A stretch of 64,000 bases of DNA from positions 40,796,001 to 40,860,000 of the forward strand of contig OX597834.1 in NCBI GenBank assembly GCA_951406725.2, in the 5' to 3' direction. This stretch comes from Octopus vulgaris (lineage: Eukaryota). This document shows, piece by piece, positions 12,247 to 25,336 of this stretch (within the stretch, counting starts at the first letter, position 1; each line of letters begins with the position of its first letter). The notes beneath the pieces were generated by a model. It saw nothing but the letters and a program-made list of their open reading frames with translations, was not told the origin of the DNA and did not search any database. The position numbers and the translations under genes were made by a program.

Positions 12247-13338
12247 TTACTCTCTTGTATGAATATGTTTGTGTTTAGTTAAGTAACTTGTTTTAGAAAA
12301 GGATTTACCACAGATACTACAATGATATGGTTTTTCTGAACTGTGAATATACCTGTGTTTATTTAAGACGCTTCCATCAGAGAATGATTTGCCACAGATA
12401 TCACAGTCATATGGTTTCTCTCCTGTATGAACACGCTTGTGAATAGTTAATGAACTGCTCTGAGAAAATGATTTGCCACAGATATCACAGTGATATGGTC
12501 TTTCTCCAGTATGAACACGCTTGTGAGTAGTTAAAGTACTACTTACAGCGAATGATTTACCACAGACATCACAGTGATATGGTTGTTCACCTGTATGAAT
12601 ACGTTTGTGTTTAGAAAAGTTACCAGTTTCAGAGAAAGATTTGCCACAGATATCACAGTGAAATGGTTTCTCTCCTGTATGAATGCGCTTGTGTGTAGTT
12701 AAGCTGCTACTTACGGAGAACGATTTTCCACAAATATCACAGTCATATGGTTTTTCTCCTGTATGAATACGTTTGTGAATAATTAGATTACCTTTCTGAG
12801 TGAATAATATACCACATATATCACAGTAATAAGGTCTCTCTCCTGTGTGAATACGTTTGTGAGTAGTTAAGTGAGTTGTTTCGGAAAATGATTTACCACA
12901 AATACCACAGTGATATGGCTTCTCTCCCGTGTGAATTCGTTTGTGAGTAGTCAAGTCATTACTTTGAGAAAATGATTTACCACAGATACCACAATGATAT
13001 GGTTTCTCTCCTGTATGAATACGCTTGTGAGTAGTTAGGTTACCCTTTTGAGTGAATGATATACCACAAATATCACATTCATATGGCTTCTTTCCTATAT
13101 GAATATCCCTGTGTCGAGAAAAGCAACTTTTTTGAGTGAAAGATTTACCACATATATCACAATAATATGGCTTGAATCCTGAATGAATTTGCCTGTGAGT
13201 AGTGAGGTTACTTTTTTGATTGAATGACTTCTTACAGATGTCACAGTGGTACAAAGTTTTCCCTATCTTATTGGAAAAGTTCATCGTTTTATACTGTCTT
13301 TTACAATTTACTTTCTTTTCAGATAATTGATTTTCCAT
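12247..13338 (-). CDS. C2H2 zinc-finger protein ZNF-C, 363 aa, 12 fingers, MENQL leader
   Basis: Open finger array; start placed at the ATG homologous to the paralogues (13338) rather than the TTG-started ORF at 13404. Confidence 0.93.
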   Translation of the reverse strand: MENQLSEKKVNCKRQYKTMNFSNKIGKTLYHCDICKKSFNQKSNLTTHRQIHSGFKPYYCDICGKSFTQKSCFSRHRDIHIGKKPYECDICGISFTQKGNLTTHKRIHTGEKPYHCGICGKSFSQSNDLTTHKRIHTGEKPYHCGICGKSFSETTHLTTHKRIHTGERPYYCDICGILFTQKGNLIIHKRIHTGEKPYDCDICGKSFSVSSSLTTHKRIHTGEKPFHCDICGKSFSETGNFSKHKRIHTGEQPYHCDVCGKSFAVSSTLTTHKRVHTGERPYHCDICGKSFSQSSSLTIHKRVHTGEKPYDCDICGKSFSDGSVLNKHRYIHSSEKPYHCSICGKSFSKTSYLTKHKHIHTRE

Positions 13339-14070
13339 AATTCTTTTCAACTTACAACACGAGAAATATTCTCTTCTCTTTGATATACGTTGTCTTCTCG
13401 ACAAATCTCTCTTCTGCTACACTCCCATCAGATGTTCCGTTTGTGATATCCGAAAAGAGTGCAAACTCATCTGCAATTTTAAGTTTAGTTAAATTGCAAA
13501 ACTGTCTTGTAAATATCTTAGCAAGCGACGTGGAGAAATGTTGCTATTAATCCCAACTTAATGGAAATATTTCGCAATAATTCTACCATTCTGTGTATAA
13601 CATCTTCCTTTAGTCTTTAAACACTGGTAAATAGTTCTGATGCAGCTGAAGTAAAAATTCTTTCTTGTCAATATCATCCATTATTCTGAAATAGAAGAAT
13701 AGAATAAGAGATTAAGAATACTTTATACTTACAAAGCAGCAATTCAACAGAAGAATTTTTTATAAATTCCATAATTGTTAACTCTAGATATTACAAATTA
13801 CAGGAATATTTTAAGCTTTCTTCATTTTTGTATTTGGTTTGCAAGATTCTTGATGTAAATCCCTGCATTAAGACAACATTCATGTTCAGATCCACTTCTT
13901 TATTGTTAAAATTTATTTCTAGTTTGTTATTAAAATTACAGAATGCAACCTTGTGTGAAGTTGACTTACTTGGAGTCCCCACATCTCTAGGATTTAACTC
14001 ACGGGCATTTAAACTGGTCATATTTGGCCCCAAAATATTTCTACCAGTTTTATGTTCAAACTGACGCACA

Positions 14071-14161
14071 ATCTGTGTCCTTATATTTTCGAACAAGGGT
14101 GTTTAGCTTAAGCTGAGTGGGGACACCAAACTCCCTTGTTCAAAAATATAAGGACACAGAT
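14071..14161. repeat. Inverted repeat with about 30-bp arms
   Basis: ATCTGTGTCCTTATATTTTCGAACAAGGG and CCCTTGTTCAAAAATATAAGGACACAGAT, one mismatch. Confidence 0.85.
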
Positions 14162-14408
14162 ACTGCATCGATAGCCAGCTGGAAATAAAATTAAGCTATG
14201 TGGAAACGTTGCTTATTCCGAAACTTTACCCGTTTCACACGTTATGCTGAAATTTTAATTTAAAGACGAGTATGTCATGACAGGAAGACTTTTGATTACA
14301 TGTTTTCTTAAATAGGGTTGCAATAAAAACAAAAAATCAAATGTTAAATGGTATTTATTTTGAATTATATCATGTTGAAAGAATACTTCTAGATTTTATT
14401 ATTTTATA

Positions 14409-14791
14409 GGTGCAGGAGTGGCTGTGTGGTAAGTAGCTTGCTTACCAACCACATGGTTCTGGGTTCAGTCCCACTGCGTGGCACCTTGGGCAAGTGTCTT
14501 CTACTATAGCCTCAGGCTGACCAAAGCCTTGTGAATGGATTTGGTGCACGGAAACTGAAAGAAGCCCGTCGTATATATGTGTGTGTGTGTGTGTGTCTGT
14601 GTTTGTCCTCCACCCCCAATATCGCTTGACAACCGATGCTGGTGTGTTTACGTCCCCGTCACTTAGCGGTTCGGCAAAAGAGACCGATAGAATAAGTACT
14701 AGGCTTACAAAGAATAAGTCCTGGGGTCGATTTGCTCGACTAAAGGCGGTGCTCCAGCATGGCCGCAGTCAAATGCCTGAAACAAGTAAAA
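14409..14791 (+). mobile_element. tRNA-derived SINE family B (CORE-like), full length
   Basis: A-box/B-box-like head GTGGCTGTGTGGTAAG..GGTTCAGTCCC, CCTTGGGCAAGT core, internal (TG)n, tail GAAACAAGTAAAA. Confidence 0.85.
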
Positions 14792-15874
14792 TAGTATCTG
14801 TCAGCATCAATTTGTGTTGGAAGCATATTTCGGCGCATGTGTAAAATCCAAAATGGATCGGAACGTCGTTTCGGACCGCGAAGTACGGAATACCTTTTAC
14901 AAGTCATTTCCTTGATTTATTTTCATTTTTGCCATGAAGGCTGAAGCAAAAAGTTAAAGCTAAATTATAGGGAACGGTGTAAACGTGATCCTTGCAAGTT
15001 GTTAAGGGATTCGGTGACTTTATCTAGCAGGCCGAACGACCGTAAAGTCTCTGTAGCTTTTATAAATGTGCATAAGGCGAAAGAATATTTAAAAAGCCGG
15101 AATTGTCAAACGCAAAGCGAAACGGGATGATTCACCTAAGATTATCAGTAGAAATAGATTTCACTTCATTTATAAATGTAAATAGTAAAAACACATGTTT
15201 CCATCAAATGATAAAAATCAGGGAACCCTCCACACGGTCGCTTGACCTGCAAAATAAAAATAGCAACTATATTTCCCTCATATCATACACTACCGTTTTA
15301 AGGTAAAGATACGTTGAATAATGTTGTACTAAAAACTTCTGAAGATGGTGCTAGAATGTCTTGGATCAGAGATCTGCTCAACAGCAACAACATAGAGGAA
15401 CATTTTGTTTATCGCCTTTTTCCAATAACACGTGGAATTCCTGGTGCTTTTAACTGATTTGTGGGAAATTTAAACGAATACAAATAGTAAAATGGACTTT
15501 TAGAAATAGAATTATGTTAAATTTAGATGGATTTTGAGACTAATGGTGCCTTAGTATAATTACAACCTTGTAACACGAGATGTGAGGGAGGGGACACGAA
15601 ATTGCAGGTAGAGTGAAGAAAAGGCGATAAAGTTTGCTTTGGTGTTATAAAGTATAAGCAAGTTCATGATTATGTAAAATGAGTGTTCGATGTCCATTTT
15701 ATCTTACCTGTTATGGTGCATATATCATCGTCTTCTGCGGAATAACTTTAGTTTTGAACGAAGTCTCAATTCTTTCAACTTTGAATGGAGCGGGAAATTC
15801 TAAATCATATTTCAATGATGCGCATTAATACCTTTTGCATCTCTATTTGGCACTTTACGCAAAAGATGTTTATG

Positions 15875-15909
15875 AAGGGAAATAACTTGAGAAGTGTGCG
15901 CAAGTTTCA
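15875..15909 (-). promoter_or_regulatory. Putative promoter motifs of ZNF-C
   Basis: AGTTATTTCCCTT (minus) at 15875-15887 and degenerate TGAAACTTGCGC at 15898-15909, 170-200 nt upstream of the donor. Confidence 0.45.
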
Positions 15910-16520
15910 ATGACAATTCTGTTAGTTTTGCAAAAAAAAAAAAACAAATTAGATTTACGGAGATGTACTTGCATAGCGAGTGACTTGATCTGAGATCGTG
16001 TGCTGGAGCACACATGCATGCGCACATACATGTACACACACACACACGAACATATATATATATATATATATATCATGAACTAACTGTTACTTTCTCAGAT
16101 GCAACACGAAGTTTTGTCAGTGAAAGGGTCACGGTCTCAAAGCGACGAAAATATTTTGACAAATTAAATTTAAATGTTGAAGTGAATCTAACGGTTTTTG
16201 TGTGTTTCTTAAATGGCTTATAAACACCTTCCACGATGCAAAAATTAGATTCCTATCGATATACTTTTCCTTTAATACACCTGAAACTACCTATATTTAT
16301 ACACTGAAATTTCAATTCAAATTTTTGACAGAAAGAAATATAAAATTTTAATATTTGTTTTTTTTTATTGGGTGTTTTATTTCATTAATAAATTGAGACA
16401 CAAATTTAGAGTGTATTCTTGTTAGAAATATGGAAACAAAAGAGTTCAGAGTTCATATCTTGTTTATCTGGTTATTTTAAAAACAAAAAGACAATATATT
16501 CTGGTTAGAAATATTGTCAC

Positions 16521-17090
16521 CATCATCATCATCATCATCATTTAACTCCTTTGTCCATGCTGGCATGGGTTGGACGGTCTGACCAGGGCTGGTAAGCTGC
16601 ACCAGACTCGAGTCTGATTTGGCATGGTTTCTATAGCTGGATGCCCTTCCTAACGCCAACCACTCCAAGAGTGTAAAGGATGCTTTCACATGCCACCAGC
16701 AAGGGTGCCATTTGTGTGACACCAGCATTTGCCACAATTACAATTTTACTTGGTTTGAGGGGGTCTTCTTCTCAAGCACAGCATAATGCCAAAAGTTTCA
16801 GTCATTCATCATTGCTTCCATGAGGCCCAACACTCGAAAGGTGCTTCTCACATGCCACTAGCATTGGCCATCTTGCCTCTGTGAGGCCCAATTGCTCAAA
16901 AAGTGCTTTTTCCATGCCACTGGTATGGATGCCAGTCACATGACACCAGCATCGGCCACGACTATGATTTCATTTGGCTTGATGGGTCTTCTCACGCACA
17001 GCACATCGCCAAAGGTCTCGGTCATTTGTCATTGCCCCAAAGTTTGACGATCATACTTCATCACCTTGTCCCATGTCTTCCTGAGTCTAC
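16521..17090 (-). mobile_element. RTE-type LINE 3' fragment
   Basis: (CAT)n tail, CTGGATGCCCTTCCTAACGCCAACCAC motif, ORF-end homology. Confidence 0.75.
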
Positions 17091-17499
17091 CACATTGAAA
17101 CAAGCTGTCTTGGAGGAAAAGAAACTATCCAGGTGGTATTTGGTTGCATCTAAATCATTGAAACATTTTCTATTCGTGGAATTTTACAGAGACCTAAACA
17201 AATGAGAGTTAGAGGGTGCAATATTGGTAAAGAATGGGAAGCAACTTACTGAAGGTAATCAAAAACGCATAAGGCCTGACATCTTGTTGGAATACAAACC
17301 CTTTCCTCATGGCTAGTTCTGAATTCATTGTTTTATACTGTCAAATTGTTTTTTTTATTTAATTTCTCCAGTTGGTAGCAGTGTCCATCAGGATCGGTGA
17401 TCTGTCTGTGGGATGAGGTCATGATACGTAATGACTTTGAAATCCCACCAAACACAAAACATGATTTCCTTTTTTTCTAACATTTTCATAAATATTCCG

Positions 17500-17717
17500 C
17501 TTTAGCGGAATCGTTAGCACACCAGGTGAAATGCATAGCCGTATTTCGTCTGCCGTTACGTTCTGAGTTCAAATTCCTCCGAGGTCGACTTTGCCTTTCA
17601 TCCTTTCGGGGTCGATTAAATAAGTACCAGTTCTGCACTGGAGTCGATATAATCGACGTAATCCCTTTGTCTGTCCTCTCTGTGTTTAGCCCCTTGTGGG
17701 TAATAAAAGAAATAGGC
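17500..17717 (+). mobile_element. SINE family A copy
   Basis: Meta-like core and AAAGAAATAGG tail. Confidence 0.8.
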
Positions 17718-17769
17718 ATCAACTCCAGTCACCAATCACTTCAAAATAAGTCCAGTTTTATTGCATTCT

Positions 17770-18150
17770 AAGAGCATCTCACAGATGGAATACTGGTCCA
17801 TGCAGTTTTTCCCAGACGAGTTGTGAGAGACCAGCAAGAAATATCCCAAGTTTCACTGAGTGTTCTTTTCAGAACTTTGAACATCTCTGCAAGTTTCACA
17901 GTCATGACTTTATCACTTCAATGTTTACTAAACCTTCAAAAATCATCATCCAACTATGAAGGCTTTCCAAAGCCACTTGCATCTTCTAATTTATAATCTC
18001 TACTTTTGAATCTTGCAAACCATCTCTGAATCTTTGATTCACCAACAGCATATTTGCCTGGCACTTCACAAATACTTTTACATGTTTCTCTGGCATATTC
18101 ACCCTTTTTAAAGAAAAATATTATGTACTGAAAATGCCACATCTGCTTAT
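17770..18150 (-). mobile_element. Mariner transposase 5' relic
   Basis: ORF 17954-18142 resembles the mariner N-terminal HTH region (FKKG..A.ET...IC.V.G..AV.E...QRWFARFK.....LED). Confidence 0.75.
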
Positions 18151-18256
18151 CTTTTTCTCACCTTGATAAAGGATGATAATAGATATACTGAAGTCTGATG
18201 TGAGATTAAACAGGTAGGTTACCAAACTGCAAGTGGTACTAACAGTACAGGTGTTA

Positions 18257-18640
18257 CATTACCATACTCTGAGCGCCTTGTTTCCCTGGGCATGGATTCA
18301 CTGAAGCTCCGGCGTCTGGCGATGGACTTGGTAAACACCCACAAAGTTATCAACCACCTCAACAACAACACTGAACACCTTTTTGATCTTCATGTGTCTA
18401 ACACATGTGGACATGCCTACAAAGTCAGAAAACAGCACAGCTCCCATGACTTTCGGAAATATTTTTTCACGCTCAGAGTTGCTGAAGCATGGAATAAACT
18501 GCCTGCGTCAGTTGTTGACTGCCATGACACTGCATCCTTTAAGGCCCTCATGCTTTCCGAAATCCGCCGAAACTACACCTGATTATATATACACTTTAGA
18601 TGAGTTGTAGTGCACCTGAGCACTGTACACAATGTTTTTA
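18257..18640 (+). mobile_element. CR1/L2-type LINE 3' end
   Basis: SL..RRL..DL...HK and GH.YK......RK.FF..RV...WNKLP motifs; 3' end repeated on the minus strand at 39480-39590. Confidence 0.8.
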
Positions 18641-18919
18641 TTATTATATTATTAAGTATTTAAATACACAAAATGGCTCAGAAATTTCTGGACCTGATTA
18701 TGTAGCTGGATTGGCCAGTTACATTTCATCTCCATGCAGTGCACTGGTCGCTCCTCTTTTCATCACCTCTACTATATTTTATACCCATGCACTCTCCCTA
18801 CATGCATACTCATTACCACTACCGAGTTTGGTCCCCATACACACTTTTCCTGCAGATGACAACTTAAAAATTTCTCAACTGAACATAAGTTCGTAGAGAG
18901 GTCATGTGTTAACCACTGT

Positions 18920-19208
18920 CATCATCATCATCATCGTTTAACGTCCGTTCTCCATGCTAGCATGGGTTGGACGGTTCGACCGGGGATCTGGGAAGCCAGA
19001 AGGCTGCACCAGGCTTCAGTCTTATCTGGCAATGTTTCTACAGCTGGATGCCCTTCCTAACGCCAACCACTCCGTGGGTGTAGTGGGTGCTTTTTACGTG
19101 CCACCTGCACAGGTGCCAGGCGAGGCTGGCAACGGCCACGGTCGGATTGGTGTATTTTACGTGCCACCGGCACGGAAGCCAGTCGAGGCGGCGCTGGCAT
19201 CGGCCACT
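18920..19208 (-). mobile_element. RTE-type LINE 3' end
   Basis: Near-identical to 27410-27690. Confidence 0.8.
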
Positions 19209-20134
19209 GTGTTATATATTATTGGTGCTTAAACCCGAGGAGATTAAAAGACCAAGTTGACAGATACTTTGTATAACTCCTACAATTCACTTCAAAGAAT
19301 ATCAGTCAGATGTGGATGAAAGATGAAACTCTATAGAAATGTTCTCAGAGATGCGTCAACAGTTCTAAGAAAATCTGCTTTGATTATTTCCACAAATTTA
19401 TGCAGCTCAGTTAATTAATTAAGTTTACTTCTAGCATGCACCAAACTTCTGTTTATAGGGATTTTCTCCACTTTGATCCTACAGAGTGATCACCATCAGA
19501 TATATTCAGGTGTTACTCCATAACTTGTTGCTGACCCTCTATTATAGTTGTGCTCCCATACTAAAATAGTGCATCTGCTGGTGGACCTCAACCAAATATA
19601 TCATCTAGATAACCAACAAAGATTTACATTATAGCTACTTGACACAGATCTACAATTTCTTCTTTTAGGTCTACTAAAACAGTTTCTGTTCCTCTCAAAA
19701 CAGCCAAATATGTCTCTACTCTTCCCATTAACCCCTCCAACCCCCTGTGTTCAAACCGTTATTGCTCCAGAGTTGCAGCTCTTTGAAATTTCCATTGCTT
19801 GTGTTTCCTAACATGGACAGCTTGCAATGTACTCCATCCTTACTAATCTTGGCAAATCCATGTTGATCATAAAATAAAAGTTGTAGACAGATGGAGGAAG
19901 CCCAGAATATACAGTTGGCTTGCAAACCAAAATTTGTCACAATATATGTTGTTCTGTAACCCCAGATCAATTCTATTCAAGCAGACCTCTTTTTGTGAAT
20001 TTTCTATCCAAAACCCAATCAAAATGCCCGAAACTTGATACGCCAATTGGATGCCAGCTAGGTGTATGTGATTGGTCGGAGATTTGGACAGTACTCGCGT
20101 GTATGTGCGCACGCACGCAGCTGTATATGCATGC

Positions 20135-20175
20135 ACTAGCACTATGACCCAGCGTTGCTGGGTCATAGTGCTAGT
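20135..20175. repeat. Perfect 19-bp-stem hairpin, Helitron-terminus-like
   Basis: ACTAGCACTATGACCCAGC-GTT-GCTGGGTCATAGTGCTAGT. Confidence 0.9.
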
Positions 20176-20599
20176 TTAGTATAAATTATAACATAACACG
20201 GATTAAAATAAAAATATTGGCTATCAAATTCTAACAGTATTAGTATTCGGTATCAAATAATGTCAACAGATTTTATAACTTTGGGTTAAAGATAAGTTTG
20301 GATAAATGCACAATTTATACCATATACAGATCAAGTTCTGGAATTCTATAGCTTAGGGTTGTGTCAGAAAGATGGTTAACATACAGAATAAAATAGTTTT
20401 AATGTAAAACCCATACAAGCATGTGGAATGGATAATAAAAAAGTGATAGTGGTGGTGATGATGATGATTATTGACAAATGACAGCAACTACTTTCATTAT
20501 ATTATATCAAGTCTAAGATTACACTAACATATGCAAATTAACTTTAGACTTAATAATCAAGTCATGAAATAAAACAGACCAATAAAGCTACACAGTAAT

Positions 20600-21330
<731 letters not shown>

Positions 21331-21464
21331 CTGAAAAAAAAAGAAAGAAAAGAAAGAAAGATAAGCAGTATAAGGTATCAAGAGAGAAAGCAGCAGCAGT
21401 ATAAGATATCAAGAATACTTAAAAAGCAGATATTTAACAGTTTCAATTTTACATATTTATACAG

Positions 21465-21832
21465 TGAAAGCACTCCGTCTGTTACGACGACGAGGGTTCC
21501 GGTTGATCCGATCAACGGAACAGCCTGTTCGTGAAATTAACGTGTAAGTGGCTGAGCACTCCACAGACACGTGCACCCTTAACGTAGTTCTCGGGGATAT
21601 TCAGCGTGACACAGAGAGTGACAAGGCCGGCCCCTTGAAATACAGGTACAACAGAAACAGGAAGTAAGAGTGAGAGAAAGTTGTGGTGAAAGAGTACAGC
21701 AGGGATCACCACCATCCCCTGTCGGAGGCTCGTGGAGCTTTAGGTGTTTTCACTCAATAAACACTCACAACGCCCGGTCTGGGAATCGAAACCGCGAGTC
21801 CGCTGCCCTAACCACTGGGCCATTGCGCCTCC
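21465..21832 (-). mobile_element. tRNA-derived SINE family C with 12-bp TSD
   Basis: Head GGAGGCGCAATGGCCCAGTGGTTAGGG..GGTTTCGATTCC; TSD ATATTTATACAG; near-identical copy at 25695-26063. Confidence 0.9.
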
Positions 21833-22029
21833 ATATTTATACAGATAATCTGTTGATATAAACCTTTACGAGAACAACTGAACATAAAAGATGCTCAATC
21901 TTTTATTTCACCTCATTAATGGTGAAATCAGAAGAAAAACGAAAACAATTGCTTTTTAATCTATAAAATATTGTTCTCTTAGTGTAGCAAAAGCACAAAT
22001 CAAAGCAATTGGGACCCACCCGCTCTCAG

Positions 22030-22400
22030 AAAGCCCACGGGAATGAAATTAAAAATACGACTAGCTGGTGGGTCGTGCGGGATTCACTAACATACCATCA
22101 CGACCCACCGGCAGAGCGTGTGGGAGCTAACGTGTTACTTGAACGCACAACAGAAGCTATTGATGCAAGAGATGGTGAAACTAAGGCGCTGGAACAAACA
22201 CTTTCACGAGCATTATCTGACTCCCCAGTAAGCCGAGCTACTAACGATGGTAAGAACTTCGCTGTCAGCGGCCCAGCTTCTACAAACGTCCCAGACTGGA
22301 AGATATGGTTCACTGACAAGTATCGATATTTTAGGATTTTGTTCCGTGCCACTATGGAAGCAGTGACCATCCATCCCACTCTGCCATTACCGTATTTACT
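22030..22400 (-). mobile_element. CRE-like non-LTR retrotransposon 3' fragment (restriction-like endonuclease C-terminus)
   Basis: ARNKILKY..L...HIF, GP....FL..L..RL...SD..RE, then frameshifted FQRLS.TI, recalling the CRE-clade C-terminal motif. Confidence 0.5.
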
Positions 22401-22631
22401 TAGGAGTGAATTTGGTAGACGGATAGAAAGCAAATAGGTCGTTCATTCTGTTAGCCACCAACGGAGGCATTGCTTTTCATGACGATAGAGTTTGAATTAC
22501 TTAATATCTAAACAATTCTATTTCCCCGCTCAAAATTTACAATTTTCTATGTTCATCTTGCATTATAATTTATTCACACGGGCTTTGTAGAGTTTGAACA
22601 TTAAATTCATAGTTAATACTACTTCCATTAA

Positions 22632-22881
22632 GTTTCTTTATTGGCCACACAGGGCTGCACACAGATGGGACAAGTTACAAGGTAGAGCTTTTCTTTTGGG
22701 GGAGAAAAAAAAAAGGTGGCGTAGGTTTTCGATCAAAAGGGAAAAAAGAACAAGAAAAAAAGGAAAAGAAAAGAAAGAAAAATGAAAAAAGAGGAAAAAA
22801 AAAGCGATCAATAGGGATCGTGTATCACAGTGTCATGATGTATGGTGTAAAGGGGAAAGCAAGTAAGGTTTATCCGTGGGA
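22632..22881 (-). mobile_element. 5'-truncated non-LTR retroelement 3' end with 11-bp TSD
   Basis: TSD ACTTCCATTAA at 22621-22631 and 22882-22892; AATAAAGAAAC terminus on the minus strand. Confidence 0.7.
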
Positions 22882-23108
22882 ACTTCCATTAAAGGGCGCA
22901 TTTATCATGTCACTTGTGAGCTAAGGTTTTTCAAAAATTAACAGATTGACCTTTGGGTGTGAAAGTTTTATCCGCTAAGTAAATATTAGGACGAGGAGGT
23001 AATTTGTTTCTAGCAGGTGCTCGCTTCTGTATATTTACTGTAGAGTCGAAGAGAAATATAATTCCATTATTTACACATTTACAGCTCTGAAGCAAATCGT
23101 CAACTTAC

Positions 23109-23307
23109 CATTTCGAGGTGGAAGCAGTGAATCAGTGTGTTGTAATTCTTTACTAAACGATAAAAGAAATAATTTCGTTGCTACAAGGCTATTTTCAAAG
23201 ATTTTTAGCATCGTTTTTCTCGAGGATGAACCGCGACATCAATGAAACAAACATCTTTTATCAGAATAAGCAGCACAGCTGACTCTTTCTCATCAGCCGC
23301 TGTTTCG
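23109..23307 (-). promoter_or_regulatory. Putative promoter and exon 1 of pseudogene ZNF-D
   Basis: ATG|GTAAGT at 23109/23108; CGAAACAGCGGC at 23296-23307. Confidence 0.6.
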
Positions 23308-23859
23308 ACACGAAATACTGGCGCACAAACCCATACACAAATGCATGTGTATACCCACCCACCTTATTACACTGTATAACACAATTTTTGTCCTTTGGGT
23401 AGCAATTGTTTTATTTCCTATTTGCTAACCTCTAGCAAGTATGAAAAATGCCTGATATTTCCTTCGAACTTTGCTTCTCTTACATCTATTCGAGGGTTCT
23501 CAACCATTCTTTGCCTAGGAACCCCTTTACCGAAGTTACACCTTATAATTAAATATTTCAGAAGTGGTATAAAAATTGCTAAAATATTTTGTGTATTATG
23601 GACGTATAAACCAATTTATTGCACAGACACTTTACTCGTCTGAAGCACAATTTTTTCATGGTCCCTGAACAATTACCGAACGAACGACCGTCAATCCATC
23701 CCTAACTTTGGCTGCTATTTCTAACAGTCACCACAGAGACTATTAGAATCTATTTCAAAACAGATTGAAATGCAATAGATCGATACTAGGGTCATAATTA
23801 TGGGTGACAATTTCATATGACACCGCCAGAAAAAACTGCCGTTCAAACCGAAAAGATCC

Positions 23860-23862
<3 letters not shown>

Positions 23863-23904
<42 letters not shown>
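23863..23904. repeat. (TA)n microsatellite
   Basis: Pure dinucleotide run. Confidence 0.95.
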
Positions 23905-23907
<3 letters not shown>

Positions 23908-23958
23908 TGTAGGTGTGTGTGTGTATGTATGTATAAACACGGAATGATTATGATACCT

Positions 23959-24182
23959 ATTTCTTTATTACCCACAGAGCGGACTAAACACAGAGCGGAC
24001 AAACGTAGGTATTAAGTCGATTACATCGACCCCAGTGCGCAACTGGTACTTAATTTATCGACCCCGAAAGGATGAAAGGCAAAGTCGACCTCAGCGGAAT
24101 TTGAACTCACAACGTAACGCAGACGAAATACCGCTAAGCATTTCGCCCGACGTGCTAACGATTCTGCCAGCTCGCCGCGGTC
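23959..24182 (-). mobile_element. SINE family A with 16-bp TSD
   Basis: TSD AATGATTATGATACCT at 23943-23958 and 24183-24198. Confidence 0.85.
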
Positions 24183-24226
24183 AATGATTATGATACCTTA
24201 CCGGCATAATGGCTAATAATTAGAAT

Positions 24227-24411
24227 CGAAACTACGGCTGGAATCATGAAGTCAGCTTCATTGTTTTTCTCTGTTAAGACGTCAATTTACCGTTCTGCTC
24301 GAAGAAGTTTTAAGAACTTCCATGGAAAAGTGGAATTAAAGTTGACGAAGAACGTTGAAAAATCCAATCTAGCAACGAGATCCTTTCCTTCGTCTATGTT
24401 TCTTAAAAATG
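24227..24411 (+). promoter_or_regulatory. Putative promoter and exon 1 of ZNF-E
   Basis: CGAAACTACGGC at 24227-24238; ATG|GTAAGT at 24411/24412. Confidence 0.6.
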
Positions 24412-25132
24412 GTAAGTTTTACGGAAATTTCTGTGAATGATAGAATTATGTTGCCTTCGAAGATGCTGTAATTACAGAGAAGTGAAACCTCATAACACTT
24501 TGAAGAAATATTTTTACGTCCTAACTTTTTTGTGCAGGATGGAAATTCGAGATGACTGTTATATGTAATCTAGAACAAGATTTAGTTATATAGAGTAGAC
24601 TGCCCACTTCTACGTAGTTTCGATTTTTACTCTTTTAGGCTAATTTCTAACATTCGCACCAGGCCTTATATTTTGGGAAGTGCGAAGTGAATTAAATATA
24701 CTTCGGTATTTGATTAGTATTTCTTTGATCAAATCCAGAAGTATGAAATTTATATATAATCTTACTAATAACAGAAGTTATAACATAGGCATGTAACAAA
24801 ATACCAGTTCTGTTATCCACCACCCTGCCAATGCAAACGTACACACACCCCACAAATAGTAGAGAGTACTTCAGTGTGTAAAACGAAAAGTCCTGTTGTT
24901 ATCTTTGTTCCTCTACACACAGATGATGTATTATTGGCGCAGCTGTAATCTATTGAACTGAATATACTAAATATTTCAGACAGACAAACAATGGGATAAA
25001 TTTTAATATCGAAGCTGACTGCTAGGATTTGAACTCTGATCATTAATCAACGATATTAATTACTACTCAGCGCGTTAGCATCCGTGCCTATTTCAAGCCT
25101 TATCATAATATTGCAATAAATTGTATTAAGAT

Positions 25133-25336
25133 AATCCTTTCTACTAAAGGAACAAGGCCTGAAATTTGGAGGAGGGGTAAGTCGATTACATCGACCCTAG
25201 TACTCAACTTGTCGACTCCGAAAGGTCGAAAAGCGAAGTCAACCCCGGCGGAATTCGAAATCAGAACGTAAAGACGAATGGAAATGCCGCTAAGCATTTT
25301 GCCCGACGTGCTAACGGTTCTGCCAGTTCGCCGCCG
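25133..25336 (-). mobile_element. SINE family A variant
   Basis: Same head and core as other family A copies. Confidence 0.75.

Larger units (their letters stand above)
13686..15707 (-). other. Predicted 5'-UTR intron of ZNF-C
   Basis: Donor CAG|GTAAGA at 15708/15707; acceptor CTATTTCAG|AATAATGGATGA at 13686/13685, homologous to paralogues. Confidence 0.55.

Noticed and set aside
13339-13404. N-terminal extensions of the ZNF-C and ZNF-G ORFs (to 13404 and 43450)
   Set aside because: They start at TTG and, for G, run through a microsatellite; paralogue homology places the start at the MEN ATG.
14409-14480. tRNA-like sequences here and at 21760-21832 and 9520-9593
   Set aside because: These are SINE heads continuing into repeat bodies, some with TSDs; no full cloverleaf seen.
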